A stretch of DNA of 64,000 nt from an uncultured bacterium (GTDB lineage Bacteria; Chloroflexota; UBA5177; JANWHV01), in the NCBI GenBank assembly GCA_963729625.1, contig CAVSOU010000007.1:352001-416000 (forward strand), given 5' to 3'. Shown piece by piece: positions 18,376 to 27,210 of the stretch. Made by a program: the position numbers and the translations under genes. How positions within the stretch are numbered: position 1 is the stretch's first letter; every line of letters begins with the position of its first letter. The notes beneath the pieces are model-generated. The model did no database searches. It saw only the letters and a program-made list of their open reading frames with translations, and was not told the DNA's origin.

Positions 18376-21300
18376 ATGAAGGGGCACGTCGTACCTCTTG
18401 ACGGAAATGAAGCGGTCGCCGCAGTCGCGTACCAGCTCAGTGACGTTATCGCCATCTACCCGATCACGCCATCGTCGAACATGGGTGAATGGGCGGACGA
18501 GTGGGCGGCAAAGGGCAAGAAGAATCTCTGGGGGACGGTTCCTACGGTTGTCGAGATGCAGAGCGAAGGCGGCGCAGCAGGCGCGATCCACGGCGCCCTG
18601 CAGACCGGGGCCCTAGCCACCACCTTCACGGCCTCGCAGGGGCTGCTCCTGATGATTCCAAACATGTACAAGATTGCCGGTGAGCTGACCCCGGCGGCGT
18701 TCCATGTTTCTGCACGTTCTCTGGCCGCCCAGGCACTTTCGATCTTCGGCGATCACAGCGACGTGATGGCAACACGGCAAACCGGTTGGGCCCTTCTCGC
18801 GTCTGCCTCAGTGCAGGAAGCCCATGATCTTGCGTTGATTGCCCACCGCTCGACCCTAGAATCGCGCATCCCGTTCCTCCATTTCTTCGACGGCTTCCGC
18901 ACGTCCCATGAGGTGGCAACAATCACGCTGCTCGAAAACGAGCAGATTCGCGCGCTCATCGACGACAAGCTTGTGCTGTCTCACCGCGCCCGCGGACTCT
19001 CACCGGATCATCCCGTGCTGCGGGGTTCGGCCCAGAATCCAGACGTCTATTTCCAGGCTCGCGAGACTGTGAACTCGTATTATGCCGAGTGCCCGGACAT
19101 CGTCGCGCACGCCATGGACAAGTTCGCACGCGTTACCGGACGCCGGTATAACCTGTTCGACTACGAAGGTGCTCCCGACGCCGAGCGCGTCATCGTGCTC
19201 ATGGGCTCCGGCGCCGAAGCGGCGCACGAGGCTGTAGACTACCTGGCCGAGCGGGGAGAGAAAGTCGGCGTCGTCAAAGTCCGACTGTACCGCCCCTTCG
19301 ACGTCAAGCGCTTCGCAGAGGCGCTACCGGCCACGACCAAGGTGTTGGGCATTCTTGACCGCACAAAGGAGCCTGGATCCGCGGGTGAGCCGCTGTACAT
19401 GGATGTCATCACCGCCCTGCATGAGGCGCAGGAGCTTGGCTGGGGCAAGCTTACGGCCGTGCCGGTGATCGTTGGAGGTCGCTACGGTCTCTCCTCCAAG
19501 GACTTCAACCCGGCGATGATCAAGGGCGTGTTCGATAACCTGGCACAGGCTAAACCTAAGAATCATTTTACCATCGGCATCGTCGACGACGTGACCCATA
19601 CAAGCCTGCCCTACGATCCCAACTTCTCGGTCGAGCCCGACAGCGTCGTTCGCGCGCTCTTCTACGGCCTCGGTTCGGACGGCACGGTGGGGGCGAACAA
19701 GAACTCCATCAAGATTATCGGCGAAGACACCGACAACTATGCGCAGGGCTACTTTGTCTACGATTCCAAGAAATCCGGCACGCTCACCGTCTCGCACATG
19801 CGATTCGGGAAGAATCCGATCAGGTCGACATATCTTGTCGACAAAGCACAGTTCGTGGCCTGCCACCAGCCGGTGTTCCTCGAGCGCTATGAAGTGCTCC
19901 GCTACATCACCGAGGGCGGCACGTTTCTCCTGAACACCTCCTATCCCGCGGACGAGGTCTGGCCGCATCTTCCACGCTCCATCCAGCAGGCAATCGTCGA
20001 GAAGAAGCTGTCTTTCTACGTGATCGACGGCACGACGGTTGCGCATGCCGCCGGCATGGCGGGTCGCGTGAACACGATCATGCAGACCTGCTTCTTTGCA
20101 ATCTCCAACGTCATGCCGCGCGAGGAGGCAATCGACGCCATCAAGAAATCTGTCGTGAAGACATACGGCAGAAAGGGCGAAAACATCGTCCAGATGAACA
20201 TGCGCGCTATCGACAGCACGCTGGAGAATCTGCACAAAGTGACTGTTCCCGCCCAGGCAGATAGCACGTTCGACCTTATACCCCCGGTCCCGGCCAATGC
20301 GCCGCGTTTTGTACGCGACGTTCTTGGCACCATGATCGCCTACCGCGGGGACGATGTGCCTGTAAGCAAGATGCCGGTGGACGGAACCTTCCCAACCGGC
20401 ACGACCAGGTATGAGAAGCGCAACCTCGCGCTGGAAATCCCTGTTTGGGAGACCGACATCTGCATCCAGTGCGGTAAATGCGCTATAGTCTGCCCGCACG
20501 CCGTGATCCGTATCAAGACATTTCCTGTGGAATGTCTGCAGGGTGCTCCCGAGACGTTCAAAGCCGTCAACACTCGCGACAAGGAGTTCGCCGGGCAGAA
20601 ATACTCTATTCAGGTGGCTCCCGAGGACTGCACCGGCTGCGCTCTCTGCGTCGACGTCTGCCCGGCCAAGAGCAAGACCGAAACGAAGCTGAAGGCGCTG
20701 AACATGCGACCCCAGCCGCCGCTTCGGGAGCAAGAAAACAAGAACTGGGAGTTCTTTGAAGCCATCCCGGAGGTGGACCGCCGCCTGATCAAGGTCTCTA
20801 ACATCCGTCAGCAGCAGTTCCAGCAACCATTGTTTGAGTTCTCCGGCGCCTGCTCGGGCTGCGGGGAGACACCGTACCTGAAACTGATTTCGCAGTTGTT
20901 CGGCGACAGGATGGTCGTCGCCAACGCTACCGGGTGCTCCTCCATCTATGGCGGCAACCTTCCTACGACGCCGTGGGCGGCAAATAAGGAGGGCCGCGGC
21001 CCGGCCTGGTCGAACTCACTGTTCGAGGACAATGCCGAGTTCGGCATGGGATACCGGCTCTCGATCGACAAGCAGCATGATTTCGCAAAAGAACTACTCG
21101 CCAAAATGGCTGACATCGTCGGTCGGGATCTCGCAGCTGGACTCCTCGATGCCAGGCAGACCGATGAAGCCGAGATCTACGCACAACGCGAGCGAGTGGC
21201 GCTCCTCAAGCAGCGCCTCACCGGCCTGGAGGACCCAGAAGCCCGGCATCTCCTGCAGCTCTCGGACATGCTCGTTCGCCGGAGCGTCTGGATCATCGGC

Positions 21301-21972
21301 GGCGACGGCTGGGCGTATGATATCGGCTATGGCGGCCTGGACCACGTACTTGCCAGCGGCGCGAATGTGAATGTCCTGGTTCTGGACACCGAGGTGTACT
21401 CCAATACGGGTGGCCAACGCTCGAAAGCTACTCCGCGCGGCGCCGTGGCGAAGTTCGCTGCCGGCGGCAAGCCGGGTGTCAAGAAGGACCTCGGCATGAT
21501 CGCGATGACGTACGGCAATATCTACGTTGCCAGCGTGGCACTTGGCGCCAAGGACGAGCACACTCTCAAGGCATTCATTGAAGCCGAGGCCTATGACGGC
21601 CCGTCGCTGATCATCGCCTATTCGCACTGCATCCAGCAGGGCATCCTCGACATGTCGGAGGGCTTGCAGCACCAGAAGGCAGCCGTGGATTCCGGCCAGT
21701 GGCTTCTTTACCGTTTCAACCCCGATCTTGCCAAGGCCGGCCAGAATCCGCTCATTCTGGACTCTCGAACGCCAAAGCTGCCGCTCGAACAGTACATGTA
21801 CTCGGAAAACCGCTTCAAGATGCTGACGACAATAGACCCCGACATGGCCAAGAAGCTGCTCGGCGAGGCACAGCAGGACGTAAAGACTCGCTTTGCCTAT
21901 TACCAGTTCCTTGCCTCTCGGCCAGGCAGTAACGGCAACGGCGTCAAAAGCGCAATGGAATCCGGAGTGTGA
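18376..21972 (+). CDS. nifJ: Pyruvate:ferredoxin (flavodoxin) oxidoreductase, single-chain
   Basis: YPITPS, MQSEGGAAG, 2x CxxCxxCxxxCP, FSGACSGCGE, GGDGWAYDIG...NTGGQ (TPP site). Confidence 0.96.
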   Translation: MKGHVVPLDGNEAVAAVAYQLSDVIAIYPITPSSNMGEWADEWAAKGKKNLWGTVPTVVEMQSEGGAAGAIHGALQTGALATTFTASQGLLLMIPNMYKIAGELTPAAFHVSARSLAAQALSIFGDHSDVMATRQTGWALLASASVQEAHDLALIAHRSTLESRIPFLHFFDGFRTSHEVATITLLENEQIRALIDDKLVLSHRARGLSPDHPVLRGSAQNPDVYFQARETVNSYYAECPDIVAHAMDKFARVTGRRYNLFDYEGAPDAERVIVLMGSGAEAAHEAVDYLAERGEKVGVVKVRLYRPFDVKRFAEALPATTKVLGILDRTKEPGSAGEPLYMDVITALHEAQELGWGKLTAVPVIVGGRYGLSSKDFNPAMIKGVFDNLAQAKPKNHFTIGIVDDVTHTSLPYDPNFSVEPDSVVRALFYGLGSDGTVGANKNSIKIIGEDTDNYAQGYFVYDSKKSGTLTVSHMRFGKNPIRSTYLVDKAQFVACHQPVFLERYEVLRYITEGGTFLLNTSYPADEVWPHLPRSIQQAIVEKKLSFYVIDGTTVAHAAGMAGRVNTIMQTCFFAISNVMPREEAIDAIKKSVVKTYGRKGENIVQMNMRAIDSTLENLHKVTVPAQADSTFDLIPPVPANAPRFVRDVLGTMIAYRGDDVPVSKMPVDGTFPTGTTRYEKRNLALEIPVWETDICIQCGKCAIVCPHAVIRIKTFPVECLQGAPETFKAVNTRDKEFAGQKYSIQVAPEDCTGCALCVDVCPAKSKTETKLKALNMRPQPPLREQENKNWEFFEAIPEVDRRLIKVSNIRQQQFQQPLFEFSGACSGCGETPYLKLISQLFGDRMVVANATGCSSIYGGNLPTTPWAANKEGRGPAWSNSLFEDNAEFGMGYRLSIDKQHDFAKELLAKMADIVGRDLAAGLLDARQTDEAEIYAQRERVALLKQRLTGLEDPEARHLLQLSDMLVRRSVWIIGGDGWAYDIGYGGLDHVLASGANVNVLVLDTEVYSNTGGQRSKATPRGAVAKFAAGGKPGVKKDLGMIAMTYGNIYVASVALGAKDEHTLKAFIEAEAYDGPSLIIAYSHCIQQGILDMSEGLQHQKAAVDSGQWLLYRFNPDLAKAGQNPLILDSRTPKLPLEQYMYSENRFKMLTTIDPDMAKKLLGEAQQDVKTRFAYYQFLASRPGSNGNGVKSAMESGV

Positions 21973-22174
21973 CGAGGTAGGCCGGGTTGCCGGCGGAACG
22001 GCTTGCAGCGTACCAACCTGCCAACCTTACGCCGGCATCTCGGAATGCGGCTCGACGACAATGACACCACGCGGCGGGCGCTTGGAGCCGAGTCGTAGAG
22101 AGCCAGGACACGGGGTTGTTCACTGGGGTTTGGGCGATGTCCAGGCCAACTGACGAAGAGCAAGGGGGTCAAGA

Positions 22175-23179
22175 ATGGACCTGTCCACGGAGTATCTCGG
22201 GCTGAATCTACGCACGCCGCTCGTGCCGTCCGCATCACCGCTGTCTGAGGATGTCTCCACGATCAAGCGCCTCGAGGACGCTGGCGCCTCCGCGGTAGTG
22301 CTGTTCTCGCTATTTGAAGAAGAGTTGCTTCGCGACCAGCTTTCAATTGATGCCACGCTGGCCATGACCGAGAATGTCTCGGCCGAGGCCGTGACGGGCT
22401 TCGCGGGACTGGAGAAGATCTATCTGGTTGGCCCCGAACGGTATCTGAATCATATTCGGAAGGCAAAGGAGTCGGTCGGCATCCCGATCATCGCCAGCCT
22501 AAACGGCCGATCGGTGGGAGGCTGGACCGAGTATGCCAAGCAAATCCAGCAAGCCGGCGCCGATGCGCTCGAGCTGAATATCTACAATATTCCGACCGAT
22601 CCGTCTGTTTCGAGTGAAGCAGTTGAGCAGACGTACCTCAATATCTTGAAGGCAGTCAAGAGCGCGGTGAGCATTCCCGTCGCTGTGAAGCTCAGCCCGT
22701 TCTTCAGCAACATGGCTTCCATGGCAAAGATCCTGGACGATGCAGGCGCAAACTCGCTGGTGCTGTTCAACCGATTCTATCAGCCCGACATCGATCTGGA
22801 AGAGCTCGAAGTGAAGCCGAATCTGCTGCTCAGCACGCCGCAGGCAATGCGCCTACCGCTTACTTGGGTTGGTATCCTGTACGGGCGAATAAGGGCAGAT
22901 CTGGCTGCCACGGGCGGCATCCATACTGCCCATGATGTGCTCAAGATGCTCATGGCCGGCTCCAAGGTCACAATGATGTGCTCCGCGCTTCTCCAGAACG
23001 GCATCAACTATCTCAGCACGGTCGAGAAGGGCGTGGTCTTGTGGATGGAAGAGCATGAGTACGAGTCAGTCAAGCAGATGCAGGGCAGCATAAGCCAGCT
23101 CAAGGCCGCGGATCCCTCGGCGTTCGAGCGTGCTCAGTACATCAAGACTATCAAGGGATTCAAGAACTTCGCACTCTAG
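22175..23179 (+). CDS. Dihydroorotate dehydrogenase-like FMN TIM-barrel protein
   Basis: SASPL, SLFEE, IASLNG, ELNIY, VKLSPFF, FNRFYQPD, GGIH. The catalytic SCPN loop is absent. Confidence 0.85.
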   Translation: MDLSTEYLGLNLRTPLVPSASPLSEDVSTIKRLEDAGASAVVLFSLFEEELLRDQLSIDATLAMTENVSAEAVTGFAGLEKIYLVGPERYLNHIRKAKESVGIPIIASLNGRSVGGWTEYAKQIQQAGADALELNIYNIPTDPSVSSEAVEQTYLNILKAVKSAVSIPVAVKLSPFFSNMASMAKILDDAGANSLVLFNRFYQPDIDLEELEVKPNLLLSTPQAMRLPLTWVGILYGRIRADLAATGGIHTAHDVLKMLMAGSKVTMMCSALLQNGINYLSTVEKGVVLWMEEHEYESVKQMQGSISQLKAADPSAFERAQYIKTIKGFKNFAL

Positions 23180-23311
23180 GTCGCACACTGAACGCCGAGG
23201 ATTTGCACCCCACTCGCTCAGCTTCGTCCGCAGTTTGTAGATTGCTTCTGGAAGTGTCCGGCCGGTCGGCGTCGGCCGGGCACTCCTGTGCCCGGTGGCC
23301 TGACGAGAAGT

Positions 23312-23830
23312 CTACTTGAGCGACCTGGCGAGACCGAGCGCAAGCTCCTGCTTCTCAGCCGTGCTGAGCGCAGCGTCCTGGTGCATCCACACGTAGTACG
23401 AGGGGGGCATGTCGCCGCCGAGTACTGCCTGAGGAATCTCCCCCACGGCAGTGCCCGCCGCGAGAGAACTGCTCGTCCAGGCGTCGAAATTCAGCCTGTT
23501 GCGCGCGGCAACGACGTCGTAGGTGGCAAGCCAGGACGGCGGCGCAATCCGGCTGTACCACGGCCACACCGTGGCATTGCTATGGCAATCGAAACATGCT
23601 CGATGCACCAGCGTCTGGGTCAGGGCGCTGTCCCAATGAGGTTCCGACCGCGCCGCCGGATTGGTCTGCAAAAGCCACACTGGGATAAGCTGTATGGCCA
23701 ACACGAGGCCAATGAGCCCCAACGCCATGTGCTTGGGCTTGAGCCACCAGTGAAACCATGGAACTTCGTCGTCACGATCATCCTCGACGCCACGCGAAGA
23801 AGCTCGCGGCGCCGGCGCCTCATCCATCAT
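23312..23830 (-). CDS. Membrane-anchored monoheme c-type cytochrome (Haem_bd-like)
   Basis: N-terminal hydrophobic helix, ACFDCHS..T.WPWYS, LNF, MPP..Y..MH. Confidence 0.8.
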   Translation of the reverse strand: MMDEAPAPRASSRGVEDDRDDEVPWFHWWLKPKHMALGLIGLVLAIQLIPVWLLQTNPAARSEPHWDSALTQTLVHRACFDCHSNATVWPWYSRIAPPSWLATYDVVAARNRLNFDAWTSSSLAAGTAVGEIPQAVLGGDMPPSYYVWMHQDAALSTAEKQELALGLARSLK

Positions 23831-24351
23831 GCCTTCCCTCGGTTATGCCAAGCCTACCGGTGGGGCCGCACCGGCGGCCACTGCTATTGGTCCCAAGATC
23901 AGCCCACGAACGGCCCTGCTTGCCGCCGGGCCCGCGGCATCCGCCATAATAAGGCTCGCGTGTCTGGGCGGGCGGTGGATCTGGGAGGCCACGGGATGTG
24001 TTCGGGCGTGGCTCACGGTGGGCTCGCGTGCAGATCATCCCGTGGGACGCTCAGAATCGGCGCAAGCAGGATGGAGGGCTAATGACCGCGCTTGGCGGTA
24101 TAATGAGAATCCCTGGGCTGAAGCCGGGGCATCACGGCCGGGCCCGACGCCGCATGACCGGCCTTTGGGTCGCATAGCCGGGCTCAGGACGTTACGAGTG
24201 GGCCGAGGCATCGCGGCCAGGCCCGGGTTGGTAGCGCGTATCACGTCGCTCGGTGAACGCTCGGCAGGGATCGCGGCGCGAGGCAAATGGCCGCGCGTCT
24301 GATGGGCTAGCGGCACTGCCCGCCAAGCGGGACGCCAAAGGAGGAAGGTCG

Positions 24352-24834
24352 ATGACAGTCGGGTACCTTACTCATGTGCTAGTCGCAACCGACGGATCAG
24401 ACCAATCAGGGGAGGCTGCGCGTTTTCTGCACACGCTTGTACCGCCTCGATCGCTTGGGCGGATCACGGTCCTCGCCGTCATCCGTTCCCTCGAGAGCAC
24501 GCCGTTCTTCGCCGAGGCAGGGGCGTCCGGCGTCTTTCCAATACCCGGTGAAGCGCTGGAGGATATCGAGGAGTTGGCCACGAAGGCGGCTCAACTTGCG
24601 GCCCAGCGTGTCCTGGACGAGATCGCCGACCTCGCGCACGAGTCTCAAATCATGATTCGCCGGGGCTCCGCGGCCGAGGAAATAGTGCATGCGGCCGAGG
24701 AGTTGCGCGCTAACCTCATCGTCATGGGCAGCCGAGGTTGGGGCGCCATGCGCTCCGTGTTTCTCGGCAGCGTCTCCGAGCGCGTGCTGCACTCAGCACG
24801 TTGTGCAGTCCTGGTAGTGCGTCCGGCACACTGA
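24352..24834 (+). CDS. Universal stress protein (UspA family)
   Basis: VLVATDGS...LIVMGSRG...FLGSVSERVLH...VLVV; GGAGG RBS before ATG 24352. Confidence 0.92.
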   Translation: MTVGYLTHVLVATDGSDQSGEAARFLHTLVPPRSLGRITVLAVIRSLESTPFFAEAGASGVFPIPGEALEDIEELATKAAQLAAQRVLDEIADLAHESQIMIRRGSAAEEIVHAAEELRANLIVMGSRGWGAMRSVFLGSVSERVLHSARCAVLVVRPAH

Positions 24835-25374
24835 GAACTGTCCACGTGAGTCGTCACAATGCGTCGTTGCGATGATCCGCGTCGCGCCGAGCCGGCCCTG
24901 CGACCGGTACCATGACAGTCGCGGACTGCCGTTGGTGAAGGCAATTGCACGCGCGGTCGTCCAATGTCGAGGCACATCCGAGCCTTTGCATCGCTGGCCT
25001 AACTGGGGATGCCGCAACCCGTCGAGGCCGCCTTTCAGGCATGGCCATGGGCCCAGCCAATATGACCAAGCCATCGTCGATTGAGGTACATTGAGTCCAT
25101 GTGACGTTCGGCACGCCCCGAGCGCTTGCCCAGCCGGATGGTGTCGACGGCGCGGCCGGTGTGGCGCGGCGAGCATGGCGGTAGGTGGCGCGGCCGGCGA
25201 TGGGCCGAGCCCGTGCCCTGTACGCGCGCTGTAGCCAAACCAGGCTAGATGCTCGCGCCGCGGCGTGGAGGCACTTGGCTTTCCACTCGACCTCTGAGCC
25301 TGCGCGGATCCGAGGCGACCAGGCGCCAATTGAGCTGTAATCAGCTGCAAGGGGCGGTGCAGGCGAGGGAGCGG

Positions 25375-27210
25375 ATGGGACGCGCAAGAGAGCAGGAGGC
25401 CGCTCGACTGGCAAGGTATGCGGCAGCGATGCACGTGTACGCGCGTATCCTGGGATTGCTGCGCCCATACAGAGTCAAGACCTGGGTGATGATAGCCTGC
25501 GTTGTGCTGTCTACCGGTTTTGCACTCGTGCTCCCGTGGCTTCTCGCATGGGTCGTCGACGTGGGCGTGCGCCACGGCAACGGCGGAGAGCTCGCGCTCG
25601 CGGCCGGGACAATTCTCGTGACCAGCTCGCTGCGAGGTCTGTTCGCATACGGCCAGGGCTACTACTCCCAGGCGGTGTCTCAGCTCATGTCGTACGACCT
25701 GCGCAATCGCATATACGATCACCTGCAGCAGCTCAGCTTCTCGTTCCACGACGAGTCCGAAACGGGCCAGCTGATGTCGCGTATGACGGTCGATATCGAG
25801 GCGGTGCGCAATTTCGTCGTGCTGGGCCTGACGCGGGCGGTGCTGGCGATAGTGACCTTCTGTACGGTCACGGTTATTCTTCTACGCCTGGACTGGAGAT
25901 TGGCGCTCGTCACTTTGGGCTGCGTGCCGATCCTCGCCTTTCTCTCGATAAGCGTGGCGCGGCGACTCCATCCTCTCTGGACGTCCGTGCAGCAGGAAAC
26001 GGGCGCGCTTGGAACCGTCATGCAGGAAAGCTTGTCCGGCGTGCGCGTGGTGAAGGCATTCGCGCGCGAGCAGTTCGAAATCGAGAGATTCGACGCAAAG
26101 AATCGAGAGGTGCGCGCGCTGAGCCTTGAGGCAATGCGAGTGTCCGCCTGGAACCAGCCGCTCATGGTGTTCGTGCTGAATGTGATCACCGTCGCCGTGG
26201 TGTGGCTCGGCGGAGCAGGCGTCATCGGACATCGTCTGAGCCTTGGCACGCTCGTAGCCGTCACGCAATACGTGCTATTGCTCGGCGGGCCGGTACGCAC
26301 GTTCGGTTTCATGATGAACTGGTTCGCGCGAGGGCTCTCAAGCGGCGAGCGGCTCTTTGAGGTCCTCGACACCGTGCCTGCCATCGCCGATGCATCACGC
26401 GCTGTCGCACTGCGGAGCGTTCGAGGACACGTGCGGTTTGAGAACGTCACATTCGCATATGGCGACAGAGGGCCGGTGCTTCAGAATGTGACTATCGACG
26501 CGCCTCCCGGTTCGATGGTCGCCTTGCTCGGAGCGACCGGCAGCGGGAAGACCACCATTCTTCATCTCTTGCCGCGCTTTTACGACGTGACGTCAGGCCG
26601 CATCACCATCGACGGCCATGATGTGAGGGACGTGACGCTGGCTTCACTCAGAGGAATGGTCGGTCTGGTCCTCCAGGACGTGTTTCTGTTCAACGCCACG
26701 CTATGGGAGAACATCGCGTACGGAGTCGCGCACGCGACCGACGAACAAGTCCAGGCAGCCGCGCGCGCGGCGCGTGTTGACGAATTCGTGCAGACTCTGC
26801 CGGAGGGCTATGACACGATTGTAGGGGAGCGCGGCGTCACGCTCTCCGGTGGCCAGAAACAACGCGTGGCAATCGCACGCACACTGGTGCGCGATCCTCG
26901 TATCCTGGTGCTCGACGACGCGACCTCCAGCGTGGACATGGAGACCGAATACCTGATCCAGCAAGCTCTGGAAGTGCTTATGCGTGGACGCACGACATTC
27001 GTCGTTGCATCCCGCCTGCGCACGGTGAAGAGCGCCGATCAGATCATTGTGCTCGACGGGGGGCACATTGAAGAACGCGGCACACACGAAAGCTTGCTGC
27101 AGCATGGCGGTCTCTATTCTCGGCTCTACGATGTGCAGTTGCGCGAGCAGGAGGACTTCGAGGTCAAGGCCTTGACAGGCAATGGCAGGGCGCGGGAGAA
27201 GACCGGATGA
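25375..27210 (+). CDS. Heterodimeric ABC exporter subunit 1 (TMD-NBD)
   Basis: GATGSGKT, LSGGQ, degenerate Walker B (LDD) and switch (VASRL); start uncertain. Confidence 0.9.
   Translation: MGRAREQEAARLARYAAAMHVYARILGLLRPYRVKTWVMIACVVLSTGFALVLPWLLAWVVDVGVRHGNGGELALAAGTILVTSSLRGLFAYGQGYYSQAVSQLMSYDLRNRIYDHLQQLSFSFHDESETGQLMSRMTVDIEAVRNFVVLGLTRAVLAIVTFCTVTVILLRLDWRLALVTLGCVPILAFLSISVARRLHPLWTSVQQETGALGTVMQESLSGVRVVKAFAREQFEIERFDAKNREVRALSLEAMRVSAWNQPLMVFVLNVITVAVVWLGGAGVIGHRLSLGTLVAVTQYVLLLGGPVRTFGFMMNWFARGLSSGERLFEVLDTVPAIADASRAVALRSVRGHVRFENVTFAYGDRGPVLQNVTIDAPPGSMVALLGATGSGKTTILHLLPRFYDVTSGRITIDGHDVRDVTLASLRGMVGLVLQDVFLFNATLWENIAYGVAHATDEQVQAAARAARVDEFVQTLPEGYDTIVGERGVTLSGGQKQRVAIARTLVRDPRILVLDDATSSVDMETEYLIQQALEVLMRGRTTFVVASRLRTVKSADQIIVLDGGHIEERGTHESLLQHGGLYSRLYDVQLREQEDFEVKALTGNGRAREKTG

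Noticed and set aside
19324-20826. Long antisense ORFs (also 11164-12090, 37539-38882, 49283-50815, 56928-57881)
   Set aside because: These are typical high-GC shadow frames opposite well-supported genes and carry no motifs.
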